A DNA stretch of 64,000 nt from Naegleria gruberi (lineage: Eukaryota), in NCBI GenBank assembly GCA_000004985.1, contig GG738847.1, one strand, 5' to 3'. The position numbers and the translations under genes are program-made. Of the stretch, positions 56,605 through 64,000 are shown in pieces. The notes beneath the pieces were generated by a model that made no database searches, was not told the DNA's origin, and saw only the letters and a program-made list of their open reading frames with translations. The number at the start of each line of letters is the position of its first letter. Position 1 is the stretch's first letter.

Positions 56605-57460
56605 CTATGAATTAGCAAATAAATCAATTAGATTGTGGAATGGCTTTACAATTTTAAATGAAGAGAATACACCAAGAAGAACTCCCATCACAACAATAAC
56701 AATAGATGATGCCAGAGCTGCAATGATAGCAATAATCATGGTTCCTAGATAGTTCCATTGAGGAACTGAAAATACAAATAACCTGTCAAGAAGCAGTGTC
56801 ATTGGGAAAATAAGGAATCATCATACTTACCAATTTACATTAGCAGAATTACATAACCTGTACATTAAAAAATCTGTCCCCGAAAGATAAAAACTTGAAT
56901 GAATCGCAGCTAAGTGAGTCCAACTTGCTTTGATACCTCGTATATATAAAGTTACCAACAGTTTCTACTTCTAAAACACCAAAATTTGTTGCCTTCTTAC
57001 GCTCTTGATTTCCCTTATCATCCCACTTGGCTACAGGAACTTCAGGATAACTAGAGGCCACGATAAACTCAGTTTCAATTTCAATGACAAAGGCAAGTGA
57101 ACCAGTTATTTAACTTGTGATTTCCTTCAGATAGCTACTAATTGTAGCCACAGAAATATCAAAACCAAAATACCAATCAAAGTTGAATCCTGTGGCCGTT
57201 TGATTTCTAGATGGTCTTGAATTGACCAAACTCATAAAGGTAATGGAAGGAAGTGTTGGGTCAGTGTAGGAGAGCGTAAAAGTTGGTTTGTTCACTTGGT
57301 CCGATGCCACTCCTAGAATGTAACTCATATCAAATGGTGGTAACTGTACATCTGGTTCCCTAGATTGTGTATGACAATATTCATACAATGTCATATTATC
57401 ACAATAGGTCCAAAACTGACCTGTTGAATTCACAAACAATATGCTTGGAATTCTCACCAT
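56605..57460 (-). CDS. Predicted single-pass membrane protein assembled from 3 ORF segments (57110-57460, 56849-57061, 56605-56802). It is interrupted by an in-frame TAA at 57110-57112 and has an unresolved 3' junction.
   Basis: The 116-aa and 70-aa ORFs are in the same frame with 16 open codons between (…KEITS*ITGSLAFVIEIETEFIVASSYPEV…). The last segment encodes a TM helix GTMIIAIIAALASSIVIVVMGVLLGVF plus a short tail. GTGAGA and GTAAGT candidate donors are nearby, but no phase-consistent splice model is found. Confidence 0.35.
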
Positions 57461-58170
57461 TCATCATCTTTCCCTTATTTCCTTCGTATGGATCTCCAAC
57501 ATACGAATCTATCATTAAAGTGGAGAGGAATTGGTATTAAGATTTGAAAATCTTGTAGGTGATCAGGTTAATCCAATCAGTGTTCGCATAATCCAAGTCC
57601 CACTAAAAGTTTACATCCTTTTAAATCATACTTGGGTTTTCGGGAGATTTTACCAACATTCAATATAAAATAAAAAATAAATACAGACACTTAGATTTGA
57701 GAATCCAAATTATATATTTTATCTTGAGATAATCTCTTATTTGTTATTCCAAGAGATGATCCTCGCCAAAAACTACACATTAATATTGCGAGTCCCAAAG
57801 CATGACATTTGACAGTTGCTGAGGGATGTGTTTGACTTGTATACGTGAACATCATTCTATATTACCTTATAATATCGTTGGTTCATGTATTGCTCTCTTT
57901 ATCACTAAATAAAAAGTTGAATGATGTATAGACAACTTTCGTGTAAAAACTTGTTCTCCAGACATGCTCATCTCCTAAATGAAAAGATAAAAATCTTTGA
58001 ACAAAGTGCGCCAGGTTTCGAGATGAAAAAGTTGTCAATATTTCATTATTCTGTTATCTCTAATGATGGCAGGTTTTGGGATAACAATTTCAAGGATTAG
58101 GAAATTGAGTGTGTTTGCATAGAATCACAATACATCAACAAGCAAAGTTCTTTTAGTTGCAGCAAACATT

Positions 58171-60288
58171 TTAATTCAATTTTCTTACAATTAAGGGCCA
58201 ACCAACTTGTATCACTGCATACTTATGAATGCTTTTTGATTTGTCAGCATCATTTTCATATTGAGCATATTGTTTGACTTGAGAAATTGCAGAATTCAAA
58301 ATTGATCTGGCTACAACTTTCTCTTTGGCATGAGTAAGTACTTCCATTTCTAATAATTCTTCATCAGTTTGTTTAGATAAATCTTTAAATATATTTTTAA
58401 AAATTTGCGGATTCCAATATTCAATATTGGAATATTTTGTTAAAGAATTTGGTCTAATACGTTTGAATTCAATTATTAATACTTTTTTAGAAGTTCTTAT
58501 CACAAGATCAGCACGTTTGATGTATTCCTTATTGTTAGAATTCTTTACATGATATTCCTTTTCAGCTTGAATTTTCAATTCTTTGTTTCTAAATAAACAA
58601 TATGCTCTTAATGCAGATTCAATACTTGCTTGTAAACCTCCTTCAGACATTGAATTGTCATAAATAGTTTCTTGTTTTTCTAAAATATTATTGAGTAACA
58701 TTCTCAAATTATCTTGGGTAGGTTCATTAATAAAAGTTGATACATCATTTTCATGTAGAGATATAAGTCTACGTAACTGCTCTAAATATTGGACTTTTGC
58801 AATTTCATTTGGAATTAACAATTGTTTTGGGTTCATCTGTTTTGATGATTCTTTTGTGAAGGTAACCATACCGTGATAATACATGAATGATAAAGCATTA
58901 TCACGAATCTTTTGTATATCTTCTTCATTGGATGGTGGATCAATAATCTCTCTTAATTTCAGTGAAGGATAAATTGACTCTGTTACTTCTACATAATCTT
59001 TTGAAAGTAATTGTTGAATAATATCATTCGATACAACTGATGATGCCAAAGTTGCAAAAACGTTCTCACTGATCATTGTGTTGGTATCTGTTAATATTGA
59101 TAATGGAATTTCTTGTTTTTGTAGAACAGCATTTCTGAAAGGTTCATCTTTTACAAGTTTGTTCAAAAAGAACATTGAAAGAGTTGTGTTGAATAGAGCA
59201 TGTTTTGAACCAGGAAAATGATAACCTTTATAATACTTTTTCATGGTTGAAATGGTAATATCTTGATCATTTCCAATAATATCAATGTTATTTAATGCCA
59301 TTCTCAGATCATTTTCTGTAAAACCAACCAAACCACCAAATATCTTATCAAAGGAAATATTACTGGAAACATTATATCCAGATGCATCTGCAAGAGCAAT
59401 AGGAGTGATACCAGTGATGATACTACGAAAATCTTGTAAACCAACACCGGAAGACTCTTTCAATCTTTCAAAGAAAGAACGAATTGGTGAAGATGTTGGA
59501 TCTCCTCTCTTTCCTTCAACTATTAATTGATATTTTTCAGGATTTTCAAACATTAATTTGTTTGCAAATCTATCATATTCATCAATTAATATCATTAATT
59601 TGGCTCCTTTTTCTATTAATATAGCCACCAGAGTTGCTAAAGTATCGAACGAATTTTTGTGATTAATATCCATCTCTTTAGTTAATTCATAGTAACGTAA
59701 AAAACCATAAATGGATGTGTTTACTTTCTCATGAAGCCGTTGATTAATATCTTCCGTTGTACCATCAACTTGAATAGAAAAATCTAACTTTAAAACATGA
59801 TATTGATTCTTTCCAGGTGTCCAATTATTTTCATCACCAATCCATAAACCAGAAAATAATTCATCAAATTCATCTTTCTTGTTAATATCATAATATGATG
59901 AAAGCATTGATAATAATAGTGATTTTCCCCATCTCGGAGGACGAACAAAAAATAATTGTTTTCCACTTTCTTCTAATAGAGGAATTAAATTAGTTTTATC
60001 AACATAAAATTGTTTACTTCTTCTGATGGAAGCAAAATCTGATTCACCATATGGAAAATATGGCACCAACAAATTTCCGTCACCAATATTTTTAAATTTA
60101 ATATTTTCAACATTATTTGTTGTTGGTTTTAATGTATTTGAATAGTTTTTAGTTTGATTCACTCTATTAATTGTAAACTTGTTAATATCATTAGTTAAAT
60201 TATTAATTTTTAATATTGATCTATTGATTTTGGGTGATGCAGTAAATAACTGCAATCTATTGATTTTACGAAGGAAGGTATGTTTCAT
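58171..60288 (-). CDS. Predicted AAA-ATPase-like (PF09820-type N-domain) plus PD-(D/E)XK nuclease-like (PDDEXK_9-type C-domain) protein, 705 aa in a single exon.
   Basis: The N-domain signature is FYVDKTNLIPLLEESGKQLFFVRPPRWGKSLLLSMLSSYYD…HVLKLDFS… (consensus …RPRRFGKSL…). The C-terminal …NKEYIKRADLVIRTSKKVLIIEFKRIR… is the PD-(D/E)XK core (D…(I/V)EFK). It is preceded by an ~100-aa Asn/Lys-rich low-complexity leader. It is flanked by the two largest ORF-free intervals in the window (~57.5-58.2 kb and 60.3-61.6 kb). Confidence 0.75.
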   Translation of the reverse strand: MKHTFLRKINRLQLFTASPKINRSILKINNLTNDINKFTINRVNQTKNYSNTLKPTTNNVENIKFKNIGDGNLLVPYFPYGESDFASIRRSKQFYVDKTNLIPLLEESGKQLFFVRPPRWGKSLLLSMLSSYYDINKKDEFDELFSGLWIGDENNWTPGKNQYHVLKLDFSIQVDGTTEDINQRLHEKVNTSIYGFLRYYELTKEMDINHKNSFDTLATLVAILIEKGAKLMILIDEYDRFANKLMFENPEKYQLIVEGKRGDPTSSPIRSFFERLKESSGVGLQDFRSIITGITPIALADASGYNVSSNISFDKIFGGLVGFTENDLRMALNNIDIIGNDQDITISTMKKYYKGYHFPGSKHALFNTTLSMFFLNKLVKDEPFRNAVLQKQEIPLSILTDTNTMISENVFATLASSVVSNDIIQQLLSKDYVEVTESIYPSLKLREIIDPPSNEEDIQKIRDNALSFMYYHGMVTFTKESSKQMNPKQLLIPNEIAKVQYLEQLRRLISLHENDVSTFINEPTQDNLRMLLNNILEKQETIYDNSMSEGGLQASIESALRAYCLFRNKELKIQAEKEYHVKNSNNKEYIKRADLVIRTSKKVLIIEFKRIRPNSLTKYSNIEYWNPQIFKNIFKDLSKQTDEELLEMEVLTHAKEKVVARSILNSAISQVKQYAQYENDADKSKSIHKYAVIQVGWPLIVRKLN

Positions 60289-61631
60289 ATTTTTGATGAT
60301 TTTTTTTTTAAGCTATTTGATGGCACCGTTGTGATGATTGATGATTGTGATGGTGTGGAAGAGGAAATCCTACAAAGTTACATTGTTGGTTGGGTTCTAA
60401 TGTTTTGCTTGTGATTCTGAAATTGTCTCATTGCCGGTTTTGAGATGAGTAATGTTTGGTAACGTAATTGTGTTTGGACTTCAAGAAGATAAACAACCAG
60501 GTATGAAAGTAAACTTATCTCTGTAAATTTAAGGTAACAAATGATCATTTGATAATGTGAACTTGGACATCTTCATTTCTTAAATCAAGAATGTAGTTTT
60601 AAAGTATGACAACCACAGAAAACTAATTTTTGCTCTAGTGCCATATTGTTATTGGTTACCATAAACAACCACTCATGGTTTCATGCTTGTTTGTTTAGTT
60701 AGTTGGAAGTTCATGCAGTGATTGAACATTAATGGCATGGTGAGGGTTGTTAACCACACTTTTATGTATAGTTCCCAAAACTTCCATCATATTGACATTA
60801 TCCAATGGACCAATGTGTAATAGGAGGAAGCTTGCTAGTTAATTCAAATGGTTTATTTAAATTTAAGACTTGAAATAAATCTATCCCTCACATAACTTCG
60901 GCAGAAATCTTGTCTGACTCATCAGAACATCCTAATTCAGGAACTTCGCTTACATCCTCATCAAAAGACGTATCCATGATGTCAAAATCCTGAAGTGAAA
61001 TAAATCTCAATGAATCTAGATTTTTCAAAAATTAATGGGAGACGCAACTCAAGACGCAGTCTGACTAGGCTCCAGCGTGTTGTTTTATTAAAGTCCTACA
61101 GATATTAAATCAACAATGGAATCTCTCAAGTTATTCTCAGAACTTGTAAATAGAAATGCTTTGGGATCCCATTCTTTTTGATCTTCACACTAAAAAATTA
61201 GTAATGGAAGAGAAACTCAAATTGTATGAGATTCAAATATCTACCAAATGCCAGTGCAAAGAAAATAATTGAGGAAATATAAATCACCACTACATTTCGC
61301 AAAATTAGTAAAATTGAAAAGAATGTTGTTTTATCAAATATTAAAGATTGTTCATGTAAAATTTACATTCATATCATTGTCCATTCACAATCGCCATGGA
61401 AACAATGTGGACAACTATCATTTTTGACACAAGAGACTTCAGTCCATCCTTCTTCACACATGCAAGTCGATTGTTCCGTTAAAACAAGTTTCTTTCATTG
61501 TTCAACATGATAACAGTTCTTGTTGTACAGTCAAAAACAAGATACTCAACCATAATTTGATGTCAATTAACATTGACCTTGCAAGGCCAATTGAAAAGTC
61601 TTGATATGGAAAACATCAAGTGAATCCTACT

Positions 61632-62729
61632 CTACCACCATTTTTTCTTTCTCTGTTTCTTGATCAATGCCTTGGTTGACTTTGAATCTAGCTCCACAAC
61701 TTGATGTAATAATTTCAAATCGTTTTCATTTGAAAATCGTACCATTCGCTCACTTTCTTCAAATAATAAATTAACACATTCTCCACTTTTTGCACTCGTT
61801 ACAATAATTTTAGTATTTAACAAATGATAGGCCTCAATTAGTGACTCAATCACCTTTCTAAATTCTTCAATTTTCCTCATTCTTTCCTTGTAATCTTGCA
61901 ATAAATCAACCTTATTGAGTACAAATATTATTGGTATGTCATTGATTGATTGATAATTGGAACCAATTGAGTTCAAGAAAGATACACATTCTTCTACTGT
62001 TTTTATATTTTCTAAAGAGGAAACCAAAATGAAGCAATCAGTATTTCTATGATGATACTGACCTCTCAGTGGTCTGAATTCTTCCTGTCCAGCTGTCAAT
62101 TGTCGTGAAATATTTCTTTTTTTGAATTAATTGCTTACCTGTATCGAGAATATCAAATAAAATTGGAATTCCATCAACATTATATTGTTTAGAATAATTA
62201 TCTTCTATCGTTGGATCATTATTCTCAAATGCATAATTATTTGTCACAAATCGAAGTGTCAAAGATGATTTTCCTTCATTATTTTGTAAAATTTCAAACA
62301 CAGAAATATTTCATACTCACCAACATACTCCAATCCATTCAATGTCACATTCAAAGTTTTAATTTCCTTCTTATTTTTTGGAATTATTGAGATTCGGTTC
62401 AAATATCTGATTAATAAAATCTTTCGTTTCAATTCATTCTTTTCAATCATTTTAATTTTTAATTCATCAAATTGATTCAAATAAATTTGGCGAATATTAA
62501 ATTCAGTGATGAATAATTTCCAATAATAATTGTTGAAATAATTTTTCATTTCTTCCATTTCGTTTAATTTGTTAGAAAGTGAGTTGAATTTGCAAATATT
62601 GTACAGAGATAGCTTTCTAATATTCGAATCTAAACTATCCAAATGATCGGAATCAACAACCAAGAATGATAAGATGAGAAAAAGCAACTCTTGTGGAAGT
62701 TGTGAAAACTTGGTTTTGTGTGGGCGCAT
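61632..62729 (-). CDS. Ras-family small GTPase with an ~140-aa F-box-like N-terminal extension, ~331 aa in 3 exons: 62331-62729, 62139-62274, 61632-62092. Introns are 56 and 46 nt.
   Basis: Exon junctions are GTGAGT…AATGAAG and GTAAGC…TGACAG, in phase. The G-domain has a P-loop NGLEYVG|GKSSL (G-x5-GKS, one residue longer than canonical), switch I DPTIEDNY, G3 DTAGQEEF (split across an intron), G4 NKVD and G5 SAK. The C-terminus is polybasic KKQRKKKWW without CAAX. The N-terminus is LPQELLFLILSFLVVDSDHL (F-box-like). Confidence 0.7.
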
Positions 62730-62802
62730 TTTTTATTGTAAAAAATTACATAAGTTAAATTAAAATCAAAAAGGAAATATTTTGAGTTTAAAGAGGTTAA
62801 GG

Positions 62803-62806
62803 AAAA
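62803..62806 (-). terminator. RNA polymerase III terminator T-run (TTTT), 4 nt downstream of the tRNA-Val 3' end.
   Basis: The minus-strand sequence after discriminator A73 is ACC-TTTT-CC. Confidence 0.5.
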
Positions 62807-62809
62807 GGT

Positions 62810-62883
62810 TACAGCGAGCGGGGCTTGAACCCGCGACCTTAAGCGTGTTAGGCTTACGATCTAACCAACTGATCTATCGCTGC
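62810..62883 (-). tRNA. tRNA-Val (anticodon AAC), 74 nt, no intron, CCA not encoded.
   Basis: Reverse complement GCAGCGATAGATCAGTTGGTTAGATCGTAAGCCTAACACGCTTAAGGTCGCGGGTTCAAGCCCCGCTCGCTGTA folds as a canonical cloverleaf. The 7-bp acceptor stem has G1·U72. D-stem is GATC/GATC, anticodon stem TAAGC/GCTTA, loop CUAACAC (U33, AAC, A37), T-stem GCGGG/CCCGC, T-loop TTCAAGC, discriminator A. Confidence 0.9.
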
Positions 62884-62995
62884 TTGCATTAACTGTTAAA
62901 CGCGTGTTTATTTTAATTTTTGTTGGTACCAATAAACAGCTTAGAGTCAACCAAAATATGAATAAGAGTTCATTACTTGATCAACCAAAAAAAAA

Positions 62996-64000
62996 ATGCC
63001 ACAAACAATTTATTATAGAGGCAACACGCAACTCATGGAGATCATGACGAAGGCTCTATCCTCCGAAGATAAACAAATCATAGAGAAATCACCAAACAAA
63101 TCTTCAAAAAAGAAGAGAAAACTTGAAAAGACAATCAAGACAAATGTTCCTTTTCGTTCCGATCAATTCTACAAAATTCCATTATGTATTCAGGGAAGTT
63201 TTTCCAAGAAATTGGGAATTTTAAATACGGAATTGCAATTGATGAGATCGTGTAAGGATAGCATTATTTTCTTATTGTGGAATGATGATATTTATTTTCC
63301 AAGTCAGACGTTGGTAATTGTTGGATCATTGGCAAGATCAATTCAATCGAAAACAAAGGATCCGATGAGTAGAGATGGGTTTTGTGTTTTGGAGTTAACA
63401 GAAGAGGGATTATTGGACGGATTTGTAATTAATATTGAAATGGGAGACGGATTTTTACTGATTCAAACTCGTGAGCATTCATTATATGGATTGGGAGATA
63501 ATACTGTCTGTCAGCTGGGAATAGTTTCAAAAAATCAGAATTTCTATCATGAAATTACTGATATACCCTTTGAACATGGACAATTGGATTTTATCAAATG
63601 TGGACTAACATATAGTATTGCATTTACTAAATCTAAAGAAATTTATATTACTGGAGAGTATGAATATGTTGGTCGCCACTCTCCTTGGACTCCGTTTTTA
63701 GAATTTGCTAATATTGGAGACAAATCTTGTACAATTACCGATTGCCAACCAGGGCATCTCTCAATGTATTGTCTAGTCAAACCAATAAGTGATGTTTATG
63801 TTCATAATTCATATGTCTTTGATTGGTATTTGGGATCCATTAGAAGATCTGGTTATTTTCAAAAGCTGAAAGACATGCTCCAACAAGGATTAACAATTCA
63901 ACGAATAGAATCATGTAGTGAATCATTTGTATTGCAATTTGATGACAATGAATGGTACTGGGCGCATTTCTATTTGACAGTACACGGCTCTTATCGAGAA
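62996..64000 (+). CDS. RCC1-like repeat protein, N-terminal 335 aa (3'-truncated by the window edge).
   Basis: Open from ATG 62996 to the window end. RCC1-type blade motifs such as HSLYGLGDNTVCQLGI and …ITGEYEYVGRHSPW…. It is not in the ORF track because no stop is reached. Confidence 0.45.
   Translation, partial: MPQTIYYRGNTQLMEIMTKALSSEDKQIIEKSPNKSSKKKRKLEKTIKTNVPFRSDQFYKIPLCIQGSFSKKLGILNTELQLMRSCKDSIIFLLWNDDIYFPSQTLVIVGSLARSIQSKTKDPMSRDGFCVLELTEEGLLDGFVINIEMGDGFLLIQTREHSLYGLGDNTVCQLGIVSKNQNFYHEITDIPFEHGQLDFIKCGLTYSIAFTKSKEIYITGEYEYVGRHSPWTPFLEFANIGDKSCTITDCQPGHLSMYCLVKPISDVYVHNSYVFDWYLGSIRRSGYFQKLKDMLQQGLTIQRIESCSESFVLQFDDNEWYWAHFYLTVHGSYRE

Noticed and set aside
58171-60288. Transposon or mobile-element call for the AAA-ATPase-like/PD-(D/E)XK gene
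   Set aside because: No terminal inverted repeats, target-site duplications, transposase, integrase or reverse-transcriptase ORFs were found around it. It is reported as a lineage-expanded or HGT-candidate gene instead.
1-64000. Ciliate-type nuclear code (TAA/TAG sense) or Euplotes-type programmed +1 frameshifting to explain internal stops and AAA-TAA frame changes
   Set aside because: The long conserved ORFs (RPC1 1426 aa, dynein, aconitase, HEAT protein) contain no in-frame TAA, TAG or TGA under the standard code and end at ordinary stops. The locus is a multi-gene chromosome with spliceosomal introns rather than gene-sized nanochromosomes. Only one of the frame changes has the AAA-TAR motif. 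Chance coincidence after indels is sufficient.
1-64000. Prokaryotic origin, or presence of CRISPR arrays, operons, rRNA genes
   Set aside because: GT-AG introns occur throughout. Eukaryote-specific proteins are present (dynein, TAF6, RPC1, PEX11, p62-like, F-box, RGS, TALE homeobox). The tRNA has no encoded CCA and a Pol III T-run. No direct-repeat/spacer arrays or rRNA-like segments were seen.

Overview
This 64 kb window is eukaryotic nuclear DNA. It is AT-rich, roughly two-thirds A+T by eye, and gene-dense, with about 35 protein-coding genes on both strands and one tRNA gene. Many genes carry very short GT-AG introns of about 38-81 nt, with donors GTAAGT, GTAGGT, GTATGT, GTGAGT or GTAAGC. 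The exon and intron coordinates given in the feature evidence were hand-derived and may be off by a few nucleotides; the ORF-track spans are reliable.

Several long genes are single uninterrupted ORFs: a dynein heavy chain 3' end, an RNA polymerase III largest subunit (RPC1), a mitochondrial aconitase and a 1050-aa HEAT protein. Other recognisable genes are a TAF6 homolog, a 5-exon DNMT1-like RFD-BAH-C5 cytosine methyltransferase and a plant/bacterial-type soluble inorganic pyrophosphatase. Also present are PEX11, a TALE homeobox factor, a p62/NBR1-like PB1-ZZ-UBA protein, a GPATCH1-like protein, a HAD (CECR5-like) hydrolase, an RGS protein, a Ras-like GTPase and a tRNA-Val(AAC) with a downstream T-run.

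The gene content, introns, and a tRNA without encoded CCA exclude a prokaryote. Codon usage and protein families point to an AT-rich, short-intron eukaryote, perhaps an early-diverging fungus; the source is not established.

I found no CRISPR array, rRNA, transposase or integrase.

The observations worth a second look are:
- A prokaryote-type predicted AAA-ATPase-like / PD-(D/E)XK nuclease gene inside this eukaryotic locus.
- A single gene fusing a prolyl-4-hydroxylase-like 2OG oxygenase, an F-box and an unknown C-terminal domain, with an MGxxxS myristoylation signal.
- A Ras-like GTPase with an F-box-like N-terminal extension, a Walker-A motif one residue too long, and no CAAX.
- A head-to-head RGS gene and degenerate cyclase-homology gene about 72 bp apart.
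- A cluster of coding anomalies in surface, coiled-coil and low-complexity genes: three in-frame TAA codons and several unresolved frame changes. These could be pseudogenisation, consensus errors or unrecognised recoding.
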